Shown: positions 1 to 10,225, counted from the first letter of the stretch. The stretch: DNA of 64,000 bases from Gammaproteobacteria bacterium (GCA_965221695.1 OZ244905.1:2624001-2688000); one strand, 5' to 3'. A program made the numbers and translations. The notes: generated by a model not told the origin, from the letters alone.

Positions 1-1042
1 TCTGCGCGTGGTAGACGTAATCCGTGCGAAATTCTGCTGAATAGACCTGTGTTGCCGCGTCGGCAAGAGAGGAAATATCTCCTTGCGCGTCCCAGGGGAA
101 ACCGTTTCTGGACAAGTCCTGCGCCGCAGAGATATGCTGCCGCATCGCCTCCTCGCTGTCAAAATGGCGCATGCCTTCCACTTCATGCCAACTGATATCC
201 AGCCGCGCGCGAGCCTTCAAGGCAGCAGGATAATTTGTGGCAACTACTGCCACGGCCTCGGGCCGTGTCAGCACATCAATGACGCCTTTTATAGCGCGCG
301 CCCCGCGTTCGTTGATAGTCTGAACGGTGGCGCCTTCAACCGGCGCTCTCGATACTGTCGCGTAAACCAATCTCGCAGGCCGGGCATCCATGCTGTATTG
401 CGCCGCGCCGGTAGCTTTTTCAGGCAGGTCGCGGCGGGGTATGTGTTTGCCCACCAGACGGTAGTTCTCCCGGGACTTGAACTCCAGGGGCGCAGCGTCT
501 TCAATCGGCGCATGCGCGTGCGCGGCAACATCACCGTAGCTGAGCGCCCGCCCGGTTTTTTGGTGAAAAATCATGCCGGCTTCGGCGCTTAATTCGGATA
601 CGGGCGCCCGCAACCGGTCTGCAGCAGCGCGTAGCAAAACCTGCCGCGCCTGCCGGCCAAAGCGGCGCAGGCGTGGGTAGTAATTAGCTATCGAGCGGCT
701 GGAAGTGGTGAAGATCCTATCCAGGAACAGTGGGTCGCCGTAGACCTCACCAAAGGATACAGAGGATTCGATGCGCACCTTGTCCCAATCCACGTCCAAC
801 TCCTCCGCCACGATGACGGGAAGCGCGGTCATCACGCCTTGTCCCATTTCTGCGGCGGGATTGATGATGGTGACAGTCCCGTCAGTAGAAATATTCACAT
901 AAGCATTGAAGGTAGTGGTTCTGGGATGGGTTGCGTGGTTGGCGCTCCGGCTGAAACCGAACGGTTGGACGAAAGCCAGGCAGAACGTCAAGCCGCCGGC
1001 CTGTTTCAGGAATTGTCGTCGGGTCGCGGGCCTCATCCGCAT
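1..1042 (-). CDS. Molybdopterin-binding subunit, isoquinoline 1-oxidoreductase beta (IorB)-like, with Tat signal; 3' end runs off the window
   Basis: Not in the ORF track. My manual translation of the minus strand is open to base 1: MRMRPATRRQFLKQAGGL (twin-arginine), FNAYVNISTDGTVTIINPAAEMGQGVMTALPVIVAEELDVDWDKV, RRDLPEKATGAAQY, YHAQ. Start ATG at 1042 or 1036. Confidence 0.88.
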   Translation of the reverse strand, partial: MRMRPATRRQFLKQAGGLTFCLAFVQPFGFSRSANHATHPRTTTFNAYVNISTDGTVTIINPAAEMGQGVMTALPVIVAEELDVDWDKVRIESSVSFGEVYGDPLFLDRIFTTSSRSIANYYPRLRRFGRQARQVLLRAAADRLRAPVSELSAEAGMIFHQKTGRALSYGDVAAHAHAPIEDAAPLEFKSRENYRLVGKHIPRRDLPEKATGAAQYSMDARPARLVYATVSRAPVEGATVQTINERGARAIKGVIDVLTRPEAVAVVATNYPAALKARARLDISWHEVEGMRHFDSEEAMRQHISAAQDLSRNGFPWDAQGDISSLADAATQVYSAEFRTDYVYHAQ

Positions 1043-1101
1043 TGCGCCGAAAATCTTAACCCGTCAGCCAGATAGCTGTGTCATTATCAATTCCTGACTC
1101 A

Positions 1102-1962
1102 TCAATGTTTTCCGGATGCTGCATGGCGTTCCAGCGCCTCGTCCACGGCCCGTTGCAACAGCCCTGGAATGATCGCGCGCCGATACTCGGCGCTGCCGCG
1201 CACGTCATCCATCGGATCAGCCGCCTCCATCAATATCTGACCGGCCTGCCGGATGACCTCTACTGTCAACTCCGAGCCGATCAGGATTGCGTCGGCCTCG
1301 TCCAGGTGGATGGGGGTTGGACCTGCGGATCCGATCGCTACCCTGGCATAAGCGCAGGTATCGGCATCCATGGCCAGCGCCAGAGAAACAGACAATGTCG
1401 CGTAGTCGCCATGAGTGCGGCTGAATTTCAGATGTTTGCCGACCGCGTGCGCCGGTTCCACCGGGATCAAAACGGCGCTGAGGATCTCACCTTCTTCCAG
1501 CGCGGTTTCCAGGAAATCGAGGAAAAATTCATCGGCCGGGATCTGTCTGGTTCCCGATTGGCCGGCAACTTCGAGCACGGCGTTGGCGGCAACCAGGGCG
1601 CCGGGGAAATCGGCATTGGGGTCGGCGTGGGCTACCGCGCCGCCGATGGTGCCCATATTGCGCACCGCCGGGTGGGCAATCTGACCTGCGGCGTCGCGCG
1701 CCACCGCGGCATTGCCGGTCAACCGCTCATCAGCGGCGATTTGTGTATGGGTGGTCATGGCGCCGATACGGAAGTGGCCGCCTTCCCGACTGATCCCGGC
1801 GAGTTCGCGGATTTGCCGCAATCCGACCAGGGTGGAAGGTTCCACCAGGTCTGCATTCAGCATGGCCACCAAGGTGGCTCCGCCCGCGAGACAGCGGGCC
1901 TCAGCGTCTGCGGCCAGTATCTCAAGCGCCTCGGACAGACTGGCAGGTTCGATGTATTTCAT
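1102..1962 (-). CDS. Xanthine dehydrogenase-family FAD-binding subunit (CoxM/CutM-like)
   Basis: LAGGATL, IAHPAVRNMGTIGGAVAHADPNAD, DDVRGSAEYR motifs. Confidence 0.92.
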   Translation of the reverse strand: MKYIEPASLSEALEILAADAEARCLAGGATLVAMLNADLVEPSTLVGLRQIRELAGISREGGHFRIGAMTTHTQIAADERLTGNAAVARDAAGQIAHPAVRNMGTIGGAVAHADPNADFPGALVAANAVLEVAGQSGTRQIPADEFFLDFLETALEEGEILSAVLIPVEPAHAVGKHLKFSRTHGDYATLSVSLALAMDADTCAYARVAIGSAGPTPIHLDEADAILIGSELTVEVIRQAGQILMEAADPMDDVRGSAEYRRAIIPGLLQRAVDEALERHAASGKH

Positions 1963-1974
1963 AAGCAGTTCCGG

Positions 1975-2235
1975 ACGAGTCGAAATTATTATAAAGCGCT
2001 GAACAAGATCATTATTTTCTGCCGGTTATTCGCGTACAAGATTACTGATAAAATTATCAATAATTGTGTACACTGTCAGCGCGAACTATTATAACGATAT
2101 CTTTGAAGCATTTAATACCCAGATAATGAGAATTCATAATTACCTCTGAGGTGTCAACGGCACAAAGATATTTTCGTGCTCTGAACATATCAATAGTAAC
2201 CGGAAAGAGTACCGATCCTTACATAATAAATTGAG
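1975..2235. promoter_or_regulatory. AT-rich divergent intergenic region with candidate operator inverted repeats
   Basis: TGATAA-AA-TTATCA near 2047-2060, TTGTGTACAC near 2064-2073 and GATAATGAGAAT near 2122 lie between divergent coxM and TBDR genes. No cognate regulator identified. Confidence 0.35.
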
Positions 2236-2248
2236 GGGGTGTCTTATC

Positions 2249-4831
2249 ATGTCATACATGGGCATTTCAGGTTTATGCGGGAGAGTTGCTATAGCCATAT
2301 TGTTGGCAGGTTTTATCCAGCCGGCACTGGCGCAAGGGAGCGGCATTTTGGAAGAGGTGCTGGTTACCGCGCAGAAGCGGGAACAGTCCATCCAGGATGT
2401 AGGCATCGCCATCACCGCGTTCAGCGGCAACCAGTTGCGGGAGATTGGCATCGTCAATAATACGGAACTGGCTCGTTACAGCCCCGGCGTTTATATTTCC
2501 GGGCCTGGCGGCGGCGACCAGCAACAGTTCACCATCCGCGGCGCCACCCAGAATGATTTCGGCGACCACTCCGAGGCGCCGAACGCGATTTATGTGGATG
2601 AGGTCTACCAGGCCGCCCAGCAAGCCCAGTTGTTTGCCACCTATGATATGCAGCGAGTGGAAATCCTTAAAGGCCCTCAAGGGACCTTGTTCGGTCGTAA
2701 CGCCACCGGCGGACTGGTACATTTTTTGACCAATAAGCCCTCCCAGGAAACCGATGGGTTTCTCGATGTGACATATGGCCGGTTCGACCAGGTCCGGGTT
2801 GAGGGCGCGGCCAGTGGCAGTTTGTCGGATACAGTATCCGGTCGCCTTTCAGGCATTTATAGTAAACATGGCTCGATGTATCACAACAATATCGAAGAGG
2901 TCGGCATCCCGCCCACGCCAGCGGTCCTGCAGGCCTTTGGCCGCGGTCCTGAGTTAATGCCTGACCCGGATGACTTCAACGATTCCTGGAGGGAGGAAAC
3001 CTGGTCCACGCGCGGCCAACTGCTGTTTGAACCCAATGACGATATGAATTTCCTGGTCAAGGGACAGTACGCCAAGCAGAAGTTCGGCGGTTGGGCCTAC
3101 CAGGGCGTGCCGTCCGTGGCGTTTGTCGACGATACCGATGGGGACGGGGCGTTTGACGATACGGTGAATACCCGCCTGCAAAGTGACGTGCGCACGCTTT
3201 GCGAGGCCATAAACGTGAATACAGGAGGGTGCGAAAACAGTGTTTTCGACGGAGATTTTGACGCGGTCAGGCCCAATGATCAAGGCGACCTGTTCGGCAG
3301 TTTCGAGCCGGGAGGCAGGGATGGACTGGATGTCAACCTGGATCATTCGCCCAAGGACGCAAACTCAATCCGACTGTGGAGTATATCCGGCAAGTTGGAC
3401 TGGGACCTGGACTTCGCCAAGTTGGTCGCGGTAAGCGGTTATTCCAAAATGAAACAATACCAGGGCGGTGACGTCGGCGCTGCCCCCACGCCGCGCTCCA
3501 ATTTCATACGCCAGTTCGAAAGCGAATGGTTTACCCAGGAGATTCGGCTGGAAGGGGAAGCGCAGCGGTTCCGCTGGATTGCCGGCGCTTACTATTTGCA
3601 TATCAACACTAGCTCGGCCCAGGGGCTGGAGGATAAGCAAGGCGGGATCAATACCTTCGGCGGCCTGTTCTTCGGACCGGTATTCAACACGACCACTGGA
3701 ATCCCGCTCGGATTCCCCGGCGCCGGCACGCCACTCAACCTGATTACGGGTGAACAGGGCTTTGGCGTCGGTGGCGATACCTACCTGGAGGCCACTACTG
3801 ATGTCGATCTGCAAACCGACTCCTATTCCGTGTTCGGCCAGATCGACTATGACCTGAGCGATCAGTTAATGGTCAACCTGGGGTTTCGCGCCATCATCGA
3901 GGAAAAAGACTATTCCTATACCAACCGGTTGTATTTTAACGATAGGGATGGCCGCACCGACGGCGCGGCGTTTTACGGCGCGCAGCCATTGGGCGTGATT
4001 TTTGCGCCGGCGATTCCCATCGAATTTCTGCCGCCGTTTTCCGACACCTCATCAGACTTTCTCTGGTCCGGCAAGGTACAGCTTAACTATACCCCCAACG
4101 ACGATCTGTTGATTTACGCAGGTGTCAACCGCGGCGTGAAGGCCGGCAATTTCAACGGTCCCTTACTGACGCCGCTGACCCAGGATGAATATGGCTATGA
4201 TGAGGAGATACTCTGGGCTTATGAGGCCGGTTTCAAATCCGCCCTGGCCGGGGGCAAGGCGCGCTTGAATGTTTCCGGGTTTTACTATGATTATAAAGAT
4301 TACCAGGCGTTCCAGTTTGTCGGCACATCGGGGGCCGTATTCAATGCCGATGCCGAATATTACGGTTTCGAGGTCGAAGTCCTGACCACGCCAGTAGATA
4401 ACCTGGATATCTGGCTGGGCCTCAGCTATATCGACACCGAGGTCAAGGACCTGGAAGTGGCGGATAATGTGTACCGCAACGTGGAGCCCACTTATACCCC
4501 CGATCTGCAGTTCTCCGGGGTAGGCCGGTATACCATTCCGAATGTTCTTACTGGCTCCGTCGCCCTGCAACTGGACGGCACCTTCGCGGATGACGCCTGG
4601 GGTAATATCAATAATTTCGACAGCCACAGGCTGCCCTCCAACTGGATCGGCAATGCCAGTCTCACCTGGCACAGCGCTGACGGCCACTGGCAGGTGACCG
4701 GTTTTGTCAGGAACTTCACCGACAGCCGGGCGCAGAACAGCGCCTTTGACCTGGCCATCGTCGACGGTTCGGACGAGCAATCATTTGAGAAACCGCGCCG
4801 CTATGGGGTGAGTTTGCGGTATAACTATTGA
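2249..4831 (+). CDS. TonB-dependent receptor
   Basis: Signal peptide, LEEVLVTAQKREQSIQDV, RVEILKGPQGTLFGRNATGG plug motif, C-terminal PRRYGVSLRYNY. ATG 2249 follows GAGGGGG (ORF track starts at 2231). Confidence 0.95.
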   Translation: MSYMGISGLCGRVAIAILLAGFIQPALAQGSGILEEVLVTAQKREQSIQDVGIAITAFSGNQLREIGIVNNTELARYSPGVYISGPGGGDQQQFTIRGATQNDFGDHSEAPNAIYVDEVYQAAQQAQLFATYDMQRVEILKGPQGTLFGRNATGGLVHFLTNKPSQETDGFLDVTYGRFDQVRVEGAASGSLSDTVSGRLSGIYSKHGSMYHNNIEEVGIPPTPAVLQAFGRGPELMPDPDDFNDSWREETWSTRGQLLFEPNDDMNFLVKGQYAKQKFGGWAYQGVPSVAFVDDTDGDGAFDDTVNTRLQSDVRTLCEAINVNTGGCENSVFDGDFDAVRPNDQGDLFGSFEPGGRDGLDVNLDHSPKDANSIRLWSISGKLDWDLDFAKLVAVSGYSKMKQYQGGDVGAAPTPRSNFIRQFESEWFTQEIRLEGEAQRFRWIAGAYYLHINTSSAQGLEDKQGGINTFGGLFFGPVFNTTTGIPLGFPGAGTPLNLITGEQGFGVGGDTYLEATTDVDLQTDSYSVFGQIDYDLSDQLMVNLGFRAIIEEKDYSYTNRLYFNDRDGRTDGAAFYGAQPLGVIFAPAIPIEFLPPFSDTSSDFLWSGKVQLNYTPNDDLLIYAGVNRGVKAGNFNGPLLTPLTQDEYGYDEEILWAYEAGFKSALAGGKARLNVSGFYYDYKDYQAFQFVGTSGAVFNADAEYYGFEVEVLTTPVDNLDIWLGLSYIDTEVKDLEVADNVYRNVEPTYTPDLQFSGVGRYTIPNVLTGSVALQLDGTFADDAWGNINNFDSHRLPSNWIGNASLTWHSADGHWQVTGFVRNFTDSRAQNSAFDLAIVDGSDEQSFEKPRRYGVSLRYNY

Positions 4832-4847
4832 AGCGGGAATTAATAAG

Positions 4848-4925
4848 AGGTCGCCCCCCGTTTTCACGGGGGCAGGCTCTTCGGGCGACACAGAATTAGA
4901 CTGGATTCCCTCTTTCGAGGGAGTG
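4848..4925. repeat. REP-like palindromic intergenic repeat between convergent genes
   Basis: CCCCCG-TTTTCA-CGGGGG hairpin, then GGCGACACAGAATTAGACTGGATTCCC-TCTTTCGA-GGGAGT. A related copy is at 51585-51625. Confidence 0.6.
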
Positions 4926-5759
4926 TTACGGCGCAAAAAAGTCCAGTACGACCCGTTCAAACTCCGCCTGATGTTCCACCTGGGCCCAGTGGCCGCAGCG
5001 CTGGAAGATGTGCATACGGGCATTCTGCATTCTTTTCAGCATCTGCAATCCGACTTCCAGGGCGCCGCCCTTGTCTTCCTGGCCCCAAATCAGCAGGGTC
5101 GGGCAGGCGATTTGATCCAGTTCGGAATAGAGATCCCGGCGCGGCAAACCCAGCAGACGCATCTGTCCCGGGTCCTTGCTTGCCTCGAACCGTTCCAGCA
5201 GGGTCTCATCGCTGACCAGGGAGGGGTCGTATAAGAGACTTTCCACCAGGCGCCGCATCTTCTCCAGGGTCGCCCCTTCCCCGGCATAGTAATTGAAGAT
5301 GTTTCTTAATGCTTCTTGGGGCTGTGGTTGAATGACGATGCCTGCGGAAGTGGGCTGGCTGCCGATCAGCACGAGGCGTTTGACCCGCTCAGGCTTGCAA
5401 CGCTCCAGCCCGAGCGCGGCCTGGCCGCCGAGAGAGTTGCCGATAATGTCTACGGCGCCTTTGATGCCTAGCGCGCCCAGAAAATTGTCAATCATTATTC
5501 CCATGAAATCGAAGAAGTCCTCGTCGCAACCATCGGGGAATCCGGATTTGCCATAGCCCGGCATATCCATCATCAACATACGGCGTTTGTCGCCGGTAAT
5601 GGCGGGGATGTTCTGCTTGAAGTTGCTCCAGGCGGTGGCGCCGGGACCGCCGCCGTGCAGGCATAGCGTTGGCTCGCCCGCGCCGGCATCGTTGTAATGG
5701 ATATCCACTCCTGCGACGGAGACAAATTTACTGGTGGAAGTTTCGGTTATTTCAGTCAT
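4926..5759 (-). CDS. Alpha/beta hydrolase, meta-cleavage-product hydrolase (BphD/MhpC-like)
   Basis: LHGGGPGA, GNSLGG nucleophile elbow, CGHWAQVEH. Confidence 0.88.
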   Translation of the reverse strand: MTEITETSTSKFVSVAGVDIHYNDAGAGEPTLCLHGGGPGATAWSNFKQNIPAITGDKRRMLMMDMPGYGKSGFPDGCDEDFFDFMGIMIDNFLGALGIKGAVDIIGNSLGGQAALGLERCKPERVKRLVLIGSQPTSAGIVIQPQPQEALRNIFNYYAGEGATLEKMRRLVESLLYDPSLVSDETLLERFEASKDPGQMRLLGLPRRDLYSELDQIACPTLLIWGQEDKGGALEVGLQMLKRMQNARMHIFQRCGHWAQVEHQAEFERVVLDFFAP

Positions 5760-5804
5760 TGTTCTTTGTTCCTCTGGTTCGCACGCAAGCGCAAGAAACC
5801 CTGC

Positions 5805-6278
5805 CTAACTCAATTCTCCCACATATTGTTTCACTGCGTTGAAAATATTCTGGTAGCCGGTGCAACGGCATAGATTGGCAGATAGCATCTCAGTGATCTC
5901 AGGGTCGGTAGGCGCGGGATTCTGTTCCAGCATGGCAGCAATCAGCATAATGAACCCTGGGGTGCAGAATCCGCATTGCAGGGCGTGGTTGTCGCTGAAT
6001 GCCCGTTGAAGCGGGTGCAGTTCGGTCCCATCGGCCATTCCCTCGATAGTCCTGATCGCTTTCCCTGCGGTTTGCACTGCGAACATCAGGCAGGCGCGTG
6101 CCGGCGCGCCGTCAACGATGATGGTGCAACTCCCACACACGCCATGTTCGCAGCCCACATGTGTGCCGGTCAGTCCGCACTCCTCGCGAATGACATCTGC
6201 CAGGGTTTGCCGCGCCTCCACGTTAACGTGGTAATCCCTGGCGTTGATATTCAGCTTGACCGGGACTTTATTGTCCAT
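5805..6278 (-). CDS. Molybdenum hydroxylase [2Fe-2S] small subunit (CoxS-like)
   Basis: GCEHGVCGSCT, QCGFCTPG, NLCRCTGY. Likely start is MDNKVPV at 6278; the upstream ORF extension overlaps coxM. Confidence 0.93.
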   Translation of the reverse strand: MDNKVPVKLNINARDYHVNVEARQTLADVIREECGLTGTHVGCEHGVCGSCTIIVDGAPARACLMFAVQTAGKAIRTIEGMADGTELHPLQRAFSDNHALQCGFCTPGFIMLIAAMLEQNPAPTDPEITEMLSANLCRCTGYQNIFNAVKQYVGELS

Positions 6279-7140
6279 TGCCTGAATCCTGCGCCGCTTC
6301 CAGCGCGCGTCTGACGGAAGTTCTGACGAGCTGACGCCGGTAGTCAGCCGGTGTCTGAATATCTTCGATGGGTGTGATGATCTGCGCGGCGAGGTCGGAG
6401 GCCGCCCGGATTGTCTCCTCTGTAAGCCGCTGGTCTGTGAGCGCCTGTTCAACTTCCGTGAGTCGCCGCGGGACATCTTCTGCGCCGCCCACACCCAACC
6501 GCACGCCGGTCATCCTGTCCTCTACCTGAGTATACGTGACCAGGCACATCGCCAGGGCAAAATCTCCAGCTCGCCGGTTGAACTCGAAAAAACCGAAACG
6601 TGTCGCGTTGTCGGGGAGTGGCAGAAGCGTCGCGGTGATCATTTCATCTGGTTCCAGCGCCGTAACCATCGGGCCCTGAAGCAATGTCTCGGCGGGAATT
6701 TTCCTACTGCGATTTCGGTTCTGAGCCAGCGCCGATCCGCCCAGTGTAATGGCTGCAAGACACCATTCCGAGGCAGGGTCGGCATGGGCAAGACTTCCAC
6801 AGAAGGTGCCGCGTAGGCGTATCGGGTAATGCGCGATATGTCTGGCAACCGTTGCCAACAGTTCACCCAGCGGTCCGGGGACAGCAGGTTGCCGGAACAT
6901 GGCATGCCTGGCCAGGGCGCGCGCTACCAGCGACTGTTGCTCCACCTCAATGCCTTGCAGGGACGGGATATCATTGATGTCTACCAGGTGTGAGGGGAAG
7001 GCGAGGCGTAGCGCCATCATCGGAACCAGGCTTTGCCCTCCGGCAAGGATGCGGCCGTTATCTGGCGCGACCTCAGACAGGATGTCCAGGGCCTCCTCCA
7101 GGGTACCGGGGCGATGATAAGTAAAAGGCGCGGGTTTCAT
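6268..7140 (-). CDS. Molybdenum hydroxylase FAD subunit (CoxM-like)
   Basis: MKPAPFTYHRP, LAGGQSLVP, IAHYPIRLRGTFCGSLAHADPASE. Confidence 0.93.
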   Translation of the reverse strand: MKPAPFTYHRPGTLEEALDILSEVAPDNGRILAGGQSLVPMMALRLAFPSHLVDINDIPSLQGIEVEQQSLVARALARHAMFRQPAVPGPLGELLATVARHIAHYPIRLRGTFCGSLAHADPASEWCLAAITLGGSALAQNRNRSRKIPAETLLQGPMVTALEPDEMITATLLPLPDNATRFGFFEFNRRAGDFALAMCLVTYTQVEDRMTGVRLGVGGAEDVPRRLTEVEQALTDQRLTEETIRAASDLAAQIITPIEDIQTPADYRRQLVRTSVRRALEAAQDSGNGQ

Positions 7141-9557
7141 GGCAATTCACCGTCCAACGTTTCCTGCCGGTAAGCGTTATTGTCGATATCCGGCGTGCGC
7201 CAGTGTTCAGGTGGCGCGCTATTCGGGGCTGAGCGAATCAATTCCCAGAGCGCGGCTGGTCTGAGGGGAGACTGGTTGAGTTGCGCGCCCAAGGGCGTCA
7301 GCGCGTCCTCAACCGCAGAGACGATGGCAGCGGGTGTTGGCAGGCAGCCCGATTCGCCTACGCCCTTGACGCCAAGTTCATTAAACGGGGTCGGTGATTC
7401 AAGATGGAACAGTTGGACTGGCGGCATCTTATCCGCGCTTACCAGGAGGTAGTCGGCAAACGTGGTGGTAACGGGCTGCGCGTTTTCGTCAAAACCCATC
7501 CATTCAAATAAGGCGTTGCCGACGCCGTGCGCGATGCCTCCAAGAACCTGTCCGTCGACGATCATGTCGTTCAGCCGGCGGCCGCAGTCGTGGACGATCA
7601 GGAAACGCAGTATCGCGACCTGGCCGGTATCGATATCCACTTCAACTTCCGCTATGGCCGAACCGTTGGCATACACCATATCATCGATGATCACGGACTC
7701 TGTGGCCTCCAGTCCCGGTTCCAGCCCGGACACGGGGAGTTTGAAGCCCGGCAGGCCGGATGCGGCGCGGGCCAGTTGCGCAAATGTCAGTCTTCTGTCG
7801 GGCGCGTTCTTGACGAATACGGTCTGGTTGTTAATCGCCAGATCATGCTCCGCCGTCTCCATGAGCTGGGCTGCGAGTTTAAACGCCTTGACCTTTACCG
7901 CTTTGGCGGCGGCATGAGCCGAGGCGCCGGCGATGACGGTCTGGCGACTGTTGAAGCCGCCGAAGCCCAAGGGCGTTGCATCCGTATCGCCGCAGATGAC
8001 GTTGATTGCGGACGGGTCTACGCCGAGTTGTTCGGCAACGATTTGCGCCAGCATGGTTTGCGTGCTCTGGCCCATGGCCGTGGCGCCGCTGGCGACGACA
8101 ATGTTGCCTGAGGCGTTGATGCGCACCGTGACTGTTTCATAAGGCCCGCGCCCGGTCCCCTCAACGAAATTCGCCAAACCTATGCCTATATGCCGGCCCT
8201 GTAGCAGGGCTGATTGCTGCTGCTCCTTGAACGATTCCCAGCCGGCGTGTTGTAACGCCAGTTCCTGGGTTGCCGGGTAATTGCCGCTATCCAGGATGAC
8301 TTCGGTATCGCCACGCAGACGCAGAGACTTGCGGCAGGGCATCTGTTCTTTCCTGACCAGGTTGCGGCGCCGCAGCTCGGCGCGGTCAATGGATAATTTA
8401 CCGGCAGCCCGGTCCAGCAGCCGTTCCATCACAAACACTCCCTGGGGTTGACCGGCGCCGCGCACCGGGGTAACCGGAACTTTGTTGGTGAGCGCCACGT
8501 AGACATCCAGGTGGTAGGCGGGGATATTGTAGGCCAGGGGCAGCGCGATACCGGAAGCATACGGCACATTCAGGCCGCGCGCCGTGTAGGCGCCGTGGTC
8601 ATGCAGCAAGGCGCCGCGCACGCCTTTGATTTTAGCATCGGCGTCCAGCGCAATTTCTACGTCCCAATACTGGTCGCGTTCCTGGGTGGCGCTGAGGAAG
8701 TATTCATAACGGTCTTGTGTCCATTTCACTGGCTGTTGCAGCATGGTTGCGCACAGGGCGATGACCAGCTCTTCCGGATAGCACACCAGTTTCGGTCCGA
8801 ACCCGCCGCCGACCTGGGGCGCGACTACGCGCACACTCTCGTCATTGCGACCCAGCAGGTCGCATATCACCCGCTTCACCCCATGGGGGCGTTGCGTGGA
8901 TGTCCATAGCGTCAGGCGCGCAGTGGCAGGATCATAGTTGGCGAGCGCGCCCCGGCATTCAATGGAGTGAGCGCCGCCACGGTGCAAGTGGAAGGTTTCC
9001 CTGATAACCCAGCGCGCGTGGCGGAAGGCGCGCTCTGTATTTCCGTAGTCGAACTCGAAGGCGGCAGCCAGGTTGTGGGAGAGCTTTCGGTGTGCGGTCG
9101 GACTGTCTGCGCTGAGGGCAGCGCGACAATCGGCCGCGGCATCCAGGGGTTCATAGTCAATTTCGACCAAGTCTGCCGCGTCTTCCGCAGTGTAGCGAGA
9201 ACAGGCAATCACCACTGCCACTGGTTCGCCCGCGTAGACCACTTCGTCGCCGGCGAGTACTTGCGGCTTGACATCGAGACGTATGCTGTTGCTTGGCAGA
9301 CCCGTGGCCATCCTGGTATTGGTGAGCAGGGGTTGCAAGTCAGAGAGAGTGAGAATAGCTGTTACACCCGGAACCTTTGCGGCTTCCTCCGAGTTAATCC
9401 GGTTAACCAGCGCATGACTGTAAGGGCTGCGCACAAAAGCGGCGCATAATGTTTCGGGTAGTTGCAGGTCGTCAACAAACCGGGCCCTGCCTGTCAACAG
9501 GTCATGGTCTTCCAAGCGGCGAACCGGCGCGCCCGAACCGCTGTTTTTCGGGATCAT
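7137..9557 (-). CDS. Molybdenum hydroxylase large subunit (xanthine dehydrogenase family; not a true CO dehydrogenase)
   Basis: VGGGFGPK, KGVGESG. The active-site loop is PVRGAGQP rather than the AYxCSFR of form I CoxL. Confidence 0.92.
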   Translation of the reverse strand: MIPKNSGSGAPVRRLEDHDLLTGRARFVDDLQLPETLCAAFVRSPYSHALVNRINSEEAAKVPGVTAILTLSDLQPLLTNTRMATGLPSNSIRLDVKPQVLAGDEVVYAGEPVAVVIACSRYTAEDAADLVEIDYEPLDAAADCRAALSADSPTAHRKLSHNLAAAFEFDYGNTERAFRHARWVIRETFHLHRGGAHSIECRGALANYDPATARLTLWTSTQRPHGVKRVICDLLGRNDESVRVVAPQVGGGFGPKLVCYPEELVIALCATMLQQPVKWTQDRYEYFLSATQERDQYWDVEIALDADAKIKGVRGALLHDHGAYTARGLNVPYASGIALPLAYNIPAYHLDVYVALTNKVPVTPVRGAGQPQGVFVMERLLDRAAGKLSIDRAELRRRNLVRKEQMPCRKSLRLRGDTEVILDSGNYPATQELALQHAGWESFKEQQQSALLQGRHIGIGLANFVEGTGRGPYETVTVRINASGNIVVASGATAMGQSTQTMLAQIVAEQLGVDPSAINVICGDTDATPLGFGGFNSRQTVIAGASAHAAAKAVKVKAFKLAAQLMETAEHDLAINNQTVFVKNAPDRRLTFAQLARAASGLPGFKLPVSGLEPGLEATESVIIDDMVYANGSAIAEVEVDIDTGQVAILRFLIVHDCGRRLNDMIVDGQVLGGIAHGVGNALFEWMGFDENAQPVTTTFADYLLVSADKMPPVQLFHLESPTPFNELGVKGVGESGCLPTPAAIVSAVEDALTPLGAQLNQSPLRPAALWELIRSAPNSAPPEHWRTPDIDNNAYRQETLDGELP

Positions 9558-9570
9558 CGGGAGAGAAATC

Positions 9571-10206
9571 CTAAATGTGGTTCAGCTCTTCAACCTCTTT
9601 CAACGTCATGACTTCTGTGTATTTCATTTTCAGGTCAAACAGGTTGGCTTCATGCTGCTCGACGGAACGATCACCGACGCAATCTTCGACGATCACCGGC
9701 TTGAAGCCGTGACACATGGCGTCAACGGCCGAGGCGCGCACGCAGCCACTGGTGGTCGCTCCGCTGATGAACAAAGTCCTGATGGTCTTCATCGCCAACG
9801 CGGATGCAAGGTGTGTTCCAAAAAATGCGGAAGGGAACTGTTTGCGTATAATCAGGTCGCCCGGCTTGGGCGGCAGTTCCGGAACGACCTGGCTGAGTTC
9901 GGAGGTTTCGGTGAAATCCAGGCATCCCGGCACTTTGTCGGTAAACACGTTGGCGTCAGAACCGTCATCGGAGTATACCACCCGCGTATAGCAGACCTGC
10001 CAACCGCGCTTGCGGGCCAACGCCAGCAATTTGCCGGTCTTCCCGATAGCCGGACGGATATTGCCGCCGCCGAACACCTCCGGGTCGGCAAAGCCGTTGA
10101 TGAAATCCACTATCAACAATCCTGCCGGCGGCGTCAGCTCCAGGTTTTTACCAAAGCCTTGGCGGTCATAGACTGCCTGTTCCGATTGCTTGTTCAGGGT
10201 TTCCAT
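9571..10206 (-). CDS. Isochorismatase-family cysteine hydrolase (maleamate amidohydrolase NicF / N-carbamoylsarcosine amidase-like)
   Basis: LLIVDFINGF, K..PSAFFGT, GATTSGCVRASAVDA (Asp-Lys-Cys triad). Confidence 0.88.
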   Translation of the reverse strand: METLNKQSEQAVYDRQGFGKNLELTPPAGLLIVDFINGFADPEVFGGGNIRPAIGKTGKLLALARKRGWQVCYTRVVYSDDGSDANVFTDKVPGCLDFTETSELSQVVPELPPKPGDLIIRKQFPSAFFGTHLASALAMKTIRTLFISGATTSGCVRASAVDAMCHGFKPVIVEDCVGDRSVEQHEANLFDLKMKYTEVMTLKEVEELNHI

Positions 10207-10225
10207 AGCTACCTCCTCTACCGAT

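Noticed and set aside
1064-1066. Selenocysteine UGA in iorB
   Set aside because: It lies upstream of the Tat signal, not at a catalytic Cys position. I saw no convincing SECIS hairpin, and in-frame ATGs follow.
1078-2094. Long antisense or alternate-frame ORFs (also 10457-11368, 30295-31167, 48484-49449, 52322-53395 and many shorter ones)
   Set aside because: They are shadows of well-supported genes in GC-rich DNA and have no recognisable motifs.
2040-2145. Fur box controlling the first TonB-dependent receptor
   Set aside because: Only partial matches in AT-rich DNA, and the catabolic context does not point to iron uptake. Kept only as a low-confidence regulatory region.
5805-9557. Aerobic CO dehydrogenase (coxLMS)
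   Set aside because: The large subunit lacks the AYxCSFR Cu-binding loop (it has PVRGAG) and no coxDEF genes are present, so it is a generic Mo-hydroxylase.
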